Shown piece after piece: positions 31,797 to 41,041 of a stretch of 41,041 nucleotides of DNA; the stretch's first letter is position 1; every line of letters starts with the position of its first letter. This DNA comes from Bacilli bacterium (lineage in GTDB: Bacteria; Bacillota_I; Bacilli_A; RFN20; CAG-288), in NCBI GenBank assembly GCA_900763245.1, contig CAAFJQ010000048.1:1-41041 (forward strand), in the 5' to 3' direction. The position numbers and the translations under genes were made by a program. Under the pieces are notes generated by a model. It saw only the letters and a program-made list of their open reading frames with translations, ran no database searches and had not been told where the DNA came from.

Positions 31797-34307
31797 ATGA
31801 ATTACAATCATGAGATCATCGCTTTCCACGAAAACAGGCCGATTCGACTCTTTATCAACAAGATTGATTCCATCGAACCGCATTGGCATCAATCTCTTGA
31901 AATCTCCATTGTCATCGAAGGAAATATCGTTCTTCAGGCTTCTGAATCCGTCTATGAATTCAAAAAAGGCGACACTTTTTTAGTCAACAGCAATGAAATC
32001 CATTCTTTAAAAGGAAAAGGAGCACTACTTGCAACGCTTCAGATCAGACTTGATCAATTGGATCACCTTCCTAAAAACAAGAATTCAGTCTATTTCGAGC
32101 ATGATTTCTCCTCCCATAAAGGAAGACTTATCAGAAACATCATCGCTACCCTTTTGAAGAACAATACTGCAAGTGAAGAATCCAGCAATGAGCTTTTGGA
32201 ATTATCCTTAGTATACAAGTTATTGTTCTTCCTTTTCTCTGAAGGCGTTTCTCAGGAACAAAGGCCGCAGAGCAAAGACTCTCTCAATCGTATGACATCC
32301 ATCCTTGCCTATATCAATTCTGAATACAGCAAAAATATCTCACTGGATACCATTGCAGCCAATGAGTTCTTATCCAGCGCCTATCTCTCCAGATATTTCA
32401 AAGAGAATGTCGGCATGAACTTTTCCGAATACTTGAGAAACGTCCGACTGAATAAGGCGATGGAATTTCTTCTCTCTTCTGATTTATCAATCGATGCCAT
32501 CTCTGCAAAGGTCGGTTTCCCCAATCCCCGCGCTTTTGTCTATGCCTTCAAAGAAAAGTATCAGACAAATCCATCCATCTATAGGAAACAGCATTCAAAA
32601 GACAATACGCTGATCAGCAACGATGAACCGACTGATAAATACCGTTCTTTCAACTATCTTGATGATTCTTTTGAAGAGGACAGAGCATCCGTCACGAAGT
32701 TCATCGTCAAGAACACGGAAAGAGAAACGGATATCAACTTCAAGAATCACACCATTCTGACAACAGAAGATATCACAACGTTTGAACTAGATAAAAACGA
32801 TAACTCTTCTGAAATCAACGAAAAGAAATATCTGAAGATGATCGGAGGAGGAAGAGTCAAAGATATCCTCTCTGCAAAAACACAGGAAGAGATCAGAACG
32901 CTCCAGAAAGAGATCGGATTTGAGTACATCAAACTGCACTCTGTCTTTGATGATGACTTGATGGTCGTGACAAAACAAGATGGTAAGCTTGTATTCAACT
33001 TCACTTACATCGATCAGGCATATGATTTCCTGCTCTCTGTGAATTTAAAACCGCTTGTTCAGCTTTCTTTCATGCCTAAAGCATTGGCGAGCAAATCCTC
33101 TCATTCAATCTTCTTAGGAAAATCGATCATCGGTTATCCCAAAGATATCAATGAGTGGAACATGCTTTGTTCTGCTTTCCTTCTCCATCTGATCAATCGA
33201 TATGGTAAAAGCGTTGTCGAGTCCTTTCTTTTCTCTGTATGGAATGAACCCGCATCTTTCAACCATCTTTTCGGAATGAAAGATGAAGAGTATTATTCCT
33301 TATATAAGAATACGTATTGCACCTTAAAGAGCATCGATAAGAAAGTAAGATTCGGAGGGCCTGCCTCTTTCTCCACCTACGGAAAAAAAGATGACTGGTT
33401 ATTCAGCTTTCTCTCTTTTACAAAGAAAGAAAATATCGTTCCTGATTTCATCACCATCCATTATTACGATATCGACTTATCCTGGCTCTATGATCCAAAG
33501 GAAGTCGAAAAAGACATCCCGAACAGAATCTATCTTTCACCGGATGAGAACAGCTTTGAAAGCTTCCTCATCCAGATGAAAGGAAGGCTGAAAGAGATGG
33601 GCATCTCTTCTCCTTTATATATAACTGAATGGAACAATACAGTCTCCCATAAAGACCTCTTATCCGATACAACATTCAAAAGCGCATATATTGTCAAAAA
33701 CCTTTTAGAGACAAACAACATGGTTTCCTCCTGTTCCTATTGGTCATTGACAGATGATATCGATGAAAACATACTTCCGAAAGAACATTTCCATGGCGGT
33801 TTAGGATTGTTCACCTACTATGGTGTCAAAAAGCCATCGTATTATGCCTATCTCTTATTGAAGAAATTAGGAAGCACCATTCTGAAAAAAGGTAACGGAT
33901 ATTATGTGACAAAGACAGAAGATGATGAAATCAGGATACTCTTTTATTACTATGTACCTTATAATTATGAGTATTCAAGGCAGATGGATTATCAGATCAA
34001 TATGAAAAGCAGAGATGCCTTCTTCAAAGACAAAGAGAATAAGGCTTTCCAGATTCATCTAAAAGAATTCGATGGCGAATACCTTGAAACAAAAACGGAG
34101 TTATCATCTGAATCAGGTTCCGCCTATGATGTAGCGATCAGAAGTGGAAACTCCTCCCTTGATATCATGGATATCGACTATCTGAAAACAGCATCCATAC
34201 CGCATATGACATTCAATGACATCAAGCTGAAAGGAGATGACTACATCTCCTATGAGCTGAAACCATTGGAAGTTCTGTTTGTCACATTGAGAAAGAAAGA
34301 GAAATGA
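31797..34307 (+). CDS. AraC-family regulator (cupin plus HTH_AraC) fused to a GH39-like glycoside hydrolase domain
   Basis: The N-terminal cupin reads HWHQSLEISIVIEG...GDTFLVNSNEIHS. The AraC HTH reads FLSSAYLSRYFKENVGMNFSEYLRNVRLNKAMEFL...ISAKVGFPNPRAFVYAFKEKY. The C-terminal part carries GH39 motifs VWNEP (Glu codon 33246-33248) and YITEWN (Glu codon 33627-33629). I set the start at ATG 31797 behind aggaga. Confidence 0.85.
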   Translation: MNYNHEIIAFHENRPIRLFINKIDSIEPHWHQSLEISIVIEGNIVLQASESVYEFKKGDTFLVNSNEIHSLKGKGALLATLQIRLDQLDHLPKNKNSVYFEHDFSSHKGRLIRNIIATLLKNNTASEESSNELLELSLVYKLLFFLFSEGVSQEQRPQSKDSLNRMTSILAYINSEYSKNISLDTIAANEFLSSAYLSRYFKENVGMNFSEYLRNVRLNKAMEFLLSSDLSIDAISAKVGFPNPRAFVYAFKEKYQTNPSIYRKQHSKDNTLISNDEPTDKYRSFNYLDDSFEEDRASVTKFIVKNTERETDINFKNHTILTTEDITTFELDKNDNSSEINEKKYLKMIGGGRVKDILSAKTQEEIRTLQKEIGFEYIKLHSVFDDDLMVVTKQDGKLVFNFTYIDQAYDFLLSVNLKPLVQLSFMPKALASKSSHSIFLGKSIIGYPKDINEWNMLCSAFLLHLINRYGKSVVESFLFSVWNEPASFNHLFGMKDEEYYSLYKNTYCTLKSIDKKVRFGGPASFSTYGKKDDWLFSFLSFTKKENIVPDFITIHYYDIDLSWLYDPKEVEKDIPNRIYLSPDENSFESFLIQMKGRLKEMGISSPLYITEWNNTVSHKDLLSDTTFKSAYIVKNLLETNNMVSSCSYWSLTDDIDENILPKEHFHGGLGLFTYYGVKKPSYYAYLLLKKLGSTILKKGNGYYVTKTEDDEIRILFYYYVPYNYEYSRQMDYQINMKSRDAFFKDKENKAFQIHLKEFDGEYLETKTELSSESGSAYDVAIRSGNSSLDIMDIDYLKTASIPHMTFNDIKLKGDDYISYELKPLEVLFVTLRKKEK

Positions 34308-34321
34308 AAAGGAGAAAACAA

Positions 34322-35128
34322 ATGAAGCACAACGAAATCAAGATCATCTTCTCAGACATCGACGGCACATTATTGAATAGTGTGCATCGAATCGACAAAA
34401 AAACAGAAGAAGCCATCAAGGAGCTTCAGAAGAAAGGCATCTGTTTTGTTCTTTCCTCATCTCGTGGTCCTATCGCTATCGAACCAATTTTGAAAAGATA
34501 CCAGTTCAATTGTCCGATGGTCGCTTACGGCGGGGCATTGATCTTAGACGAAAATAGAAACGTCTTATACGAAAACGGCTTTAGAAAAGAAGAAGCCAAT
34601 GAAGTAGTTCAGTTCTTAGAAGAAAAACAATTTCCTCTGTCTTACAACATCTATACAAAAGACAATTGGTATGTCAAAGAAAGAGATGTTCGAATCAGAA
34701 ACGAAGAAGATATCGTCGAAGCAACAGCCAGCATTGGAACAATTGATTCTGTAAAAGACGATGAGACGATCGATAAACTTCTTCTGATGTGCGACAAAGA
34801 CGAAATTCTAAACATCGAAAAAGCATTGAAAGAAAGATTCCCAGAATTATCGATAGCCAAATCTTCCAATATTTTGATTGAAATCAACAAAGGCGGAATC
34901 AACAAAGCTGAATCCGTCAAACGATTCATGAAGACGAAAAACATCAATCAAGAAAACAGCATGGCTTTTGGCGATAATTACAATGACAAAGAGATGCTTG
35001 AATGTGTCATGTATCCTGTCTTGATGAACAACGCTCCTGAAGAACTGAAGAAGCAGTTCTCCTATATCACTGATGACAACAACCATGACGGCATTGAAAA
35101 AGCATTGAAGGATTTTGAAATCATCTAA
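34322..35128 (+). CDS. Cof-type HAD-IIB sugar phosphatase
   Basis: FSDIDGTLL and GDNYNDKEM motifs. I set the start at ATG 34322 behind aaaggag. Confidence 0.85.
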   Translation: MKHNEIKIIFSDIDGTLLNSVHRIDKKTEEAIKELQKKGICFVLSSSRGPIAIEPILKRYQFNCPMVAYGGALILDENRNVLYENGFRKEEANEVVQFLEEKQFPLSYNIYTKDNWYVKERDVRIRNEEDIVEATASIGTIDSVKDDETIDKLLLMCDKDEILNIEKALKERFPELSIAKSSNILIEINKGGINKAESVKRFMKTKNINQENSMAFGDNYNDKEMLECVMYPVLMNNAPEELKKQFSYITDDNNHDGIEKALKDFEII

Positions 35129-35868
35129 TCCTTCAATTCAAAACTTATAACACGAAGAAAACGGATCTGTTGAGGTGCATCTGGATGCACCTTATAGAAT
35201 TCGTTTTCTTTTTCTTTGTCTGGTAAAAAAGAGACCGAGAATACCTTTCCGGAAGATAAATCAAACTCATAGATCCAGATACCAGATCCTACTTCACGCT
35301 GCGGTTTTCCTAAATATGAAACAACATCATAGAGACTCATATCCTTTACAATCTTTTTTGTATCTTTTTCATCAGGCAAATTCTTTTTGCTTGTGTCGAG
35401 CCAAATATCACCATTTGCTTTTGAGAGCGTCTGAACATCAGTGCTGACATATAGATTATCATGTTGTGTCAGAAACAGACGATAAACACAGAAGTCATCC
35501 TTTGTATAATCTAAAGACAGTGGTTCTTCTAATCCTAAAAACGTTGGCATTCCTACTGTTTTGACTATCTTTTCTAAAGAAGTATATTTATTCAGATTGA
35601 TGATTTTCTCTTTATCAAATTCAACTAGAGGATAGTCTTTGATATCTTTTACCTTGTTAGAATCATCGACTACTGCAATATAATTCTTGTCTTTTCCGGA
35701 TATCAATAACTGATTATCAAAAGAGATGACATTCTTTTTATCAAACACCTGATAGACATCATCAACAGATGATCCAATTGAAACAGGTGATTTCGAGTTA
35801 TCACAGGAAACAAGACCGATAAATACAAGAAGACAAACAAACGATTTACTCAATGTTTTGACAGACAT
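35125..35868 (-). CDS. lipoprotein of unknown function
   Basis: Signal peptide with lipobox (FIGLVS-C). I set the start at ATG 35868 behind ggaggaatatgt. Confidence 0.7.
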   Translation of the reverse strand: MSVKTLSKSFVCLLVFIGLVSCDNSKSPVSIGSSVDDVYQVFDKKNVISFDNQLLISGKDKNYIAVVDDSNKVKDIKDYPLVEFDKEKIINLNKYTSLEKIVKTVGMPTFLGLEEPLSLDYTKDDFCVYRLFLTQHDNLYVSTDVQTLSKANGDIWLDTSKKNLPDEKDTKKIVKDMSLYDVVSYLGKPQREVGSGIWIYEFDLSSGKVFSVSFLPDKEKENEFYKVHPDAPQQIRFLRVISFELKD

Positions 35869-35993
35869 ACATATTCCTCCGATTGAGAAAGAACACAATC
35901 AGCAAGAAGATAGTTTCAAAGATTCCTTATCTGCCAATAATATAGCATTGTGAAAAAAGACATAGCAAACTTTTTTACATAGAACCAACTATT

Positions 35994-37943
35994 TTATTTG
36001 CACTCTTTTACTTTTTCAATCATCAATGAAGCACTGGCATCGCTTGCCATTCTGAAGTCACCGCGAGGAGAAAGCGTCACACTACCTACCTTGACACCAT
36101 CAGGAAGGCAGCTTCTCTTGAACTGCTGAGAATAGAAGCGCTGATAGAAACGGATGAGAGCTTCCTTGATCTCTTCCGTATTCAATTCAGGATACGCGAC
36201 AAGAGCAAGCATGATGATCTTATTTGGCTCGAATCCATAGCGAAGAACATAGTAGAGGAAGAAATCATTCAGATCATACTTTCCGATTCTATCCTCTGTT
36301 TTCTGTTTGATCTCTCCGTTTTCATTCGGAGTCAGTTCAGGAGAGATAGGAGTAGAGATGATGCTCAATAAAGTAGCTTTCAGCTTTTCATCGCTCAAGA
36401 AATTGGCATATGCTTCGACAATATACTTGACCAGCGTCTTAGGAACAGAAGAATTAACACCATACATCGACATATGATCGCCGTTATAGGTGCACCAACC
36501 TAAAGCGAGTTCGCTCAAGTCACCTGTACCGACAACAAGGCCGTGCATCATATTAGCTAAGTCCATTAGAATATATGTGCGATATCTTGCCTGTGCATTC
36601 TCATAGGTGACATCATCTTTGCCGTTGTAGCTTAATGAATGACCGATGTCCTCTAAATGATCTTTGACACTCCTTGTGATCTCAATCTCTTTTCTCTCAT
36701 CAGCCAAAAGATTCAATAACGATACAGCATTTTCATAAGTGATAGAGGAAGTGTTTCCAGTATTAGGCATCGTTACACCGATGATATGAATGCTAGGAAT
36801 GATTTTCTTTGCTTCCTTAGCAACTAATAAGGCAAGCGTAGAATCCAATCCACCAGATATACCGATGACAAGGTTCTCAAGTCCAGTCTTTTTCACTCTG
36901 GTGGCTAAGCCATGAGCCTGAATGGATAAGATTTCAAGGCAGCGGTTCTTTCTCTCTTCTTCACCAGATGGCACAAAGGGATAAGGAGAGACAAAGTAAC
37001 CATCATCCTTCAGCTGTTCTGCTTTTTCAGCAACAGTCTCTTTTTCAAAATAAGAAGGAAGAGAAAGCGGAATGATGCGATAATCTTTGTCGTTTCCGTT
37101 TTCAAAAGTCGTCTGATGCAGACGATTGTATTCAATCTTATCCAAGTCGATGATTCCACTTAACAAGCTTGGTGTATTTGGATATTTGCATTCGCTCAAT
37201 ATCGATCCGTTCTCTGCAATCATCGAATGGCCGGAGAAGACCAAATCCGTACTGCTTTCATCGTTTCCAGAAGAGCAATAAAGATAAGCGGAATAGGTTG
37301 TGGCCGATTGAACCGATACTAAATTTCTTCTGTATTCGGATTTCTGTATAGTCTCATCGCTGGCTGAAAGGTTGAGAATGATATTGGCACCTGCTAATGC
37401 CATATGGGTGCTAGGTTTATCCATGACCCAGAGGTCTTCGCAAATTTCAGCACCGATTAAGGCGATGCTGTTTTTATCTTTTATCAGGATATCAGTCCCA
37501 AAAGGAATCTCTTCTTTATCGATTTCAATCACATCATTCTTGATATCTTTTCCGGAAGCAAACCACCTCGCTTCATAGAATTCACCATAGTTCGGAATAT
37601 AGGATTTAGGAACTGCAGCAATCACTTTTCCTCTATGGATAAAGACTGCACAGTTATAGAGTTTGTTTTCTTTTCTTAATGGAGCACCAAGAACAATGAG
37701 GGTGTCTCTTTCTTTTGTTTCTTCTTTGATCTGAGTGATTGCTTTTTCCACTTCGTTTAAAATAGGAAGCTGAAAAAAGAGATCCTGAGAAGTATATCCA
37801 GTCAAAGAGAGTTCAGGAAGAAGAGTAATAGCAGTGTCATCTTTAAGTGTATCAATTAAAGCCAGTATTTCTTTTGTGTTATATCTGACATCGCTCACTC
37901 TCATACTCGGTATCAGAAGCGATACTTTCATCATGTTGTTCAT
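35994..37943 (-). CDS. nadE: glutamine-dependent NAD+ synthetase
   Basis: The N-terminal CN-hydrolase domain has the catalytic Cys in EICEDLW. The C-terminal PP-loop reads GISGGLDS. 649 aa with SD aaggagg. Confidence 0.9.
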   Translation of the reverse strand: MNNMMKVSLLIPSMRVSDVRYNTKEILALIDTLKDDTAITLLPELSLTGYTSQDLFFQLPILNEVEKAITQIKEETKERDTLIVLGAPLRKENKLYNCAVFIHRGKVIAAVPKSYIPNYGEFYEARWFASGKDIKNDVIEIDKEEIPFGTDILIKDKNSIALIGAEICEDLWVMDKPSTHMALAGANIILNLSASDETIQKSEYRRNLVSVQSATTYSAYLYCSSGNDESSTDLVFSGHSMIAENGSILSECKYPNTPSLLSGIIDLDKIEYNRLHQTTFENGNDKDYRIIPLSLPSYFEKETVAEKAEQLKDDGYFVSPYPFVPSGEEERKNRCLEILSIQAHGLATRVKKTGLENLVIGISGGLDSTLALLVAKEAKKIIPSIHIIGVTMPNTGNTSSITYENAVSLLNLLADERKEIEITRSVKDHLEDIGHSLSYNGKDDVTYENAQARYRTYILMDLANMMHGLVVGTGDLSELALGWCTYNGDHMSMYGVNSSVPKTLVKYIVEAYANFLSDEKLKATLLSIISTPISPELTPNENGEIKQKTEDRIGKYDLNDFFLYYVLRYGFEPNKIIMLALVAYPELNTEEIKEALIRFYQRFYSQQFKRSCLPDGVKVGSVTLSPRGDFRMASDASASLMIEKVKECK

Positions 37944-38554
37944 CTCTCTATCCTCCTTATATCTTCAAAGACTTCTCTAGGTACAAGTTCTTTGATTTTC
38001 TCTTCATTCTCATGGAAGTCCTTCATCAGTCTTCTCACCTCTGAGGATGAGATATTCTGATAGTTTCCTTTCGGATCATAAATCATGAATTTCTCTTTTC
38101 TTTCTTTCAGATAGGAATCCGAATCAAGAATATTTTCAATATCATCATGATTTCTTCTGATGATGAGAAGAGAGAATTCATCGAGTATCTCATCGATATA
38201 CATCCATTTCGTCTTTAAGTCTTTCAGCCAATCAGAACCGATCATCAATGTCAGATCATATCCTTCTTTTTTCAGTTTCTTCATCGTCAAGTAGGTTCGT
38301 GGCTGATCTTTTTCTTGGATTTCAATGTCGCTGACAGCCATGAAAGGATGAGAAGAAGCAACATGAAGGAGCATCTCATATCTCTCTTTTTCGGTAAAGG
38401 AAAAATCTTTTGCTTCAGTTCCAAGGATATATTTTGATTTAGTGGGAACAAAAAGAACCTTTTCAAAACCAAATGTCTCCTTCACTTCCTTAGCGAGATG
38501 AAGGTGTGCATTTGTCATCGGATTGAAAGCACCGCCGAAAAAGAGAGCCTTCAT
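37940..38554 (-). CDS. nadD: nicotinate-nucleotide adenylyltransferase
   Basis: GGAFNPMTNAHL matches the (H/T)xxH nucleotidyltransferase motif. Its stop overlaps the nadE start (ATGA). Confidence 0.85.
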   Translation of the reverse strand: MKALFFGGAFNPMTNAHLHLAKEVKETFGFEKVLFVPTKSKYILGTEAKDFSFTEKERYEMLLHVASSHPFMAVSDIEIQEKDQPRTYLTMKKLKKEGYDLTLMIGSDWLKDLKTKWMYIDEILDEFSLLIIRRNHDDIENILDSDSYLKERKEKFMIYDPKGNYQNISSSEVRRLMKDFHENEEKIKELVPREVFEDIRRIER

Positions 38555-40068
38555 CAGAGATTTCCCCCGTGAAGCTTCCTATACATCTCTTCTCTTAACT
38601 GATAAAGCTTCTCGCTGAGATTGACATAATGAACATGAGGGAACTCTTTTCTCAGTTCACTCTCCCAGACATGATTCTCAAGCTGATCTTTGATATAAGC
38701 CTTCTTCTCTTTGATCGTAGGAAGATCAATGACAAGCTTTCCATCGACAAGATAAGGGACAAGGAGCTTTTCGACTCTTGTCGGCGTCAGAATACGATAG
38801 GTTCTGAAATCATCTCTGTCGAGATTATAGACTTTGATCGGCTTATTCGCTTCGATGACTTCATCATCAAGGCAAATGACATCGCACTGTCCTTTGTCCT
38901 CTTCATCAAAGAATCGATAAGCCATCAGCTTACCAGGAATAATGGCCTTGGATGAAGATTCAGAGCACTTCATCTTCGGCGTATAGCTTCCGTCTTTCTC
39001 CTTGACAGCAACTAATTTATAGACACCGCCAAAAACAGGATCTGTTCTTGATGTAATCAGGTTCTCACCGACACCATAACTATCAAAATGAGCGTCTTCA
39101 TAGATTTCCATATTTGCCATCTTTGTCTCATCAAGAGAATTGCTCGCAACAAGTTTGATGTAGGACTTCCCTGCTTTATCAAGTGCTTTTCTCAGTCTCT
39201 TATAGCTTCTTGCCAAATCGCCGGAATCGATTCTGGCAGATTTGACTCTCTTAGAAGGATCATCAGGATACTTTTTGATGAGCTCATCATCAACCTTGAT
39301 AAGGTTGACTAATCCGGATTCAAAAACGTTATAAGTATCCAGTAACAGAGAAACACTGTTAGGATAGGTTTCAGCATAGGCTCTGAAGGCGCTCAATTCA
39401 TCAGGGAAGAACTCGATGAAGGAATGGGCAATCGTTCCGACCGCTTTCACATCTTCGCCATATTTCATCTCAGCAAGACAGTTTGCAGTAGCGATGCATC
39501 CGCCTAAGACTGCAGCATAGGCACCATCGTTTCCGGCGCTTTCACCTTGTGCGCGGCGTGTTCCGAATTCCATGACCCGTCTTTCCTGATGGGTGGCAAG
39601 GCCTGATATTCTCGTCGCTTTTGTAGCGATGAGAGAGTGGAAGTTCATCGTCTGAAGGAGATAAGTTTCGATCAATATGGCACCGACCATATCGCATTCG
39701 ATTCTCACCATCGGAACCTGAGGATAGCAGACTGTTCCCTCTTTCAAGGCATACATCGTTCCTTTCCAACGATAATCTCTCAAATAGGCCAAAAACTCTT
39801 CGCTCATTCCTTTATGTCTGAGCCATAAGAGATCTTTTTCCGTGAAATGATATTCCATCAAAAACTTTGTCAGTTTTCTCTGTCCGCAGGAGATCGAATA
39901 TCCTAAGTCATCAGGATTCTTTCTGAAGAACATATCAAATACCATCACAGTATCCTTATAGCCGTGAAGGAACAGGCAGTTTGCCATTGTAAATTCATAA
40001 AAGTCAGTCACCATCGCAGGATTATCGTAATCTTCATCGGGAAGATAAGGTTCTACTTCAATTGCCAT
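38554..40068 (-). CDS. pncB: nicotinate phosphoribosyltransferase
   Basis: TDFYEFTMANC at the N-terminus and a length of 504 aa. It is translationally coupled to nadD (TGATG at 38552-38556). Confidence 0.85.
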   Translation of the reverse strand: MAIEVEPYLPDEDYDNPAMVTDFYEFTMANCLFLHGYKDTVMVFDMFFRKNPDDLGYSISCGQRKLTKFLMEYHFTEKDLLWLRHKGMSEEFLAYLRDYRWKGTMYALKEGTVCYPQVPMVRIECDMVGAILIETYLLQTMNFHSLIATKATRISGLATHQERRVMEFGTRRAQGESAGNDGAYAAVLGGCIATANCLAEMKYGEDVKAVGTIAHSFIEFFPDELSAFRAYAETYPNSVSLLLDTYNVFESGLVNLIKVDDELIKKYPDDPSKRVKSARIDSGDLARSYKRLRKALDKAGKSYIKLVASNSLDETKMANMEIYEDAHFDSYGVGENLITSRTDPVFGGVYKLVAVKEKDGSYTPKMKCSESSSKAIIPGKLMAYRFFDEEDKGQCDVICLDDEVIEANKPIKVYNLDRDDFRTYRILTPTRVEKLLVPYLVDGKLVIDLPTIKEKKAYIKDQLENHVWESELRKEFPHVHYVNLSEKLYQLREEMYRKLHGGNL

Positions 40069-40112
40069 AATTATTAGCCTCCTATAGGTAATAGTTAAGA
40101 ATAACTTCTAGG

Positions 40113-40733
40113 TCAACGGATAAAGTTGAGATGTTCGGAATGCTCTCTTTCAGTTTTCTCAACACCCTGTTCTTTTCCTTTCTCCATGCATTTGAGAATA
40201 TAGGCCATGTTATTGGCTAGATTTCTCATCGTCTGTAGTCCTTCATTATCCATCTTTGCCTCTCCCTTTCTGGCACCGAAGACATTATTCCAGTAAGAAG
40301 AACCAATGATAAACATATTGGAGATTGTCGCATACTTATTTAAGACATCAAAGGTTGTGGAAGTTCCGCCGCGTCTTGCAACAGCAACACTTGCACAGGG
40401 CTTATAGGAAAAAAACGAGCCGCTGGAATAAAAAGCGCGGTCAAGAAGAGATAATATTCTGCCGCTAGGATGAGCGTAATAGACAGGAGATGCAAAGATA
40501 TATCCGTCTGCTTCTTTTGCTTTTTCAATAAACGCGTTGCAGACATCATCTGTAAAATGACAGCCGTCTCTTTTGCATTTAGCGCAGGCCTGGCAGTCTC
40601 TGATCGGATTTGTTCCTATCTGGAAGATTTCATATTCGATTCCTTGCTTTTCAAGTTGCTTTCCAATCTCTTCTAAAGCAACCATCGTATTGCCGTCTTC
40701 ATGAATCGAACCATTGAGCATCAGTACTTTCAT
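40113..40733 (-). CDS. flavodoxin-like NAD(P)H-dependent FMN reductase / iron-sulfur flavoprotein
   Basis: The MKVLMLNGSIHEDGNT start is typical of this family, and a Cys cluster CQACAKCKRDGC is present. 206 aa with SD ggaggtgacag. Confidence 0.75.
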   Translation of the reverse strand: MKVLMLNGSIHEDGNTMVALEEIGKQLEKQGIEYEIFQIGTNPIRDCQACAKCKRDGCHFTDDVCNAFIEKAKEADGYIFASPVYYAHPSGRILSLLDRAFYSSGSFFSYKPCASVAVARRGGTSTTFDVLNKYATISNMFIIGSSYWNNVFGARKGEAKMDNEGLQTMRNLANNMAYILKCMEKGKEQGVEKTEREHSEHLNFIR

Positions 40734-40812
40734 CTGTCACCTCCACACAACATTAGATTATATAACATTGCCCTCTTTTCAAGGAAAAAAGAGCGCTTCT
40801 AAAACTCAAATA

Positions 40813-40824
40813 TTAGTTAACTAA
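40813..40824. repeat. 12-bp perfect palindrome TTAGTTAACTAA providing stop codons in all six frames
   Basis: Read directly: TAG, TAA and TAA in the three plus frames, and the same on the minus strand by symmetry. Confidence 0.9.
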
Positions 40825-40870
40825 TCAAGTGCAACTCTTAGACGTAAGATACCATCGTTAGGGTTGTTTT

Positions 40871-41041
40871 TCAATACATCGGCAATGATTTGATGATCTG
40901 GATCATCAAATCATCTGCGTTTCGGCCCACTTTTGTTACTTTTGCCCGTCCCTTAATGGTAAAATAGACACGCCAAAAGACGGGACTTGGTGGCATATCG
41001 GTTACGCCGAGCCAAATTCCGGTACGATGCGCTTGGACTTC
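40871..41041 (-). CDS. 3' end of an ORF running off the window (unknown; faint RelE/ParE/Gp49-like pattern)
   Basis: The minus frame is open for 56 codons to the window edge and ends ...GIWLGVTDMPPSPVFWRVYFTIKGRAKVTKVGRNADDLMIQIIKSLPMY*. It is visibly more GC-rich than its surroundings and contains a 30-bp palindrome, which argues for caution. Confidence 0.25.
   Translation of the reverse strand, partial: EVQAHRTGIWLGVTDMPPSPVFWRVYFTIKGRAKVTKVGRNADDLMIQIIKSLPMY
40885..40914. repeat. perfect inverted repeat, 14-bp arms and 2-nt spacer
   Basis: ATGATTTGATGATC, tg, GATCATCAAATCAT, read directly from the sequence. Confidence 0.9.

Noticed and set aside
40960-41041. T-box, riboswitch or group II intron domain V in the GC-richer right edge (for example GGTGGCATATCGG, GAGCC...GGTACG).
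   Set aside because: The strings do not match the T-box consensus (GGGTGGTACCGCG). They also lack the paired-helix layout of domain V, and I found no other riboswitch core motifs.

Overview
This is an AT-rich chromosomal segment that looks like a low-GC Bacillota genome. That taxon call is inference from protein style and GGAGG-type ribosome-binding sites, since no search could be run. I support about 33 CDSs, one truncated pseudogene and one edge-truncated ORF. I found no rRNA, tRNA or CRISPR array.

Layout:
- **1-1.7 kb:** a small tandem-repeat protein and a GIY-YIG nuclease with an unassigned N-terminal domain, followed by a decayed non-coding gap.
- **1.7-3.7 kb:** Zn-alcohol dehydrogenase and an aldose-1-epimerase-like gene.
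- **3.7-3.9 kb:** four 33-bp tandem repeats.
- **3.9-13.6 kb (accessory-looking block):** a lipoprotein with a lipase-like motif, an XRE-HTH fused to a polytopic membrane domain, a TM-anchored HNH nuclease, an AlbA_2/Schlafen-like protein, and a 1061-aa helicase-IV-like protein. The helicase carries an embedded PD-(D/E)xK-like segment, two topoisomerase-type zinc ribbons and a C-terminal wHTH.
- **13.7-23.5 kb (housekeeping):** an MFS-like transporter, GNAT, feoAB, tcdA, two SDRs, a membrane metallophosphoesterase and a truncated Fe-ADH.
- **23.5-35.1 kb (sugar locus):** a 7-gene minus-strand operon (CUT2-type ABC transporter, GH3, esterase, beta-phosphoglucomutase). It is transcribed divergently from an AraC-GH39 fusion and a Cof phosphatase, with a repeated TGTCAAAATT box in the shared control region.
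- **35.1-40.7 kb:** a lipoprotein, pncB-nadD-nadE and a flavoprotein.
- **Last ~200 bp:** more GC-rich, with palindromes and a partial ORF.

The best candidates for something undescribed are:
- the repeat-protein/GIY-YIG pair;
- the XRE-membrane/TM-HNH/Schlafen-like/helicase-nuclease cluster;
- the AraC-GH39 regulator-enzyme fusion with its operator boxes;
- the in-frame 33-bp repeat array behind the epimerase stop codon.

All functional calls rest on motifs I could read in the translations. No HMM or BLAST search was run.
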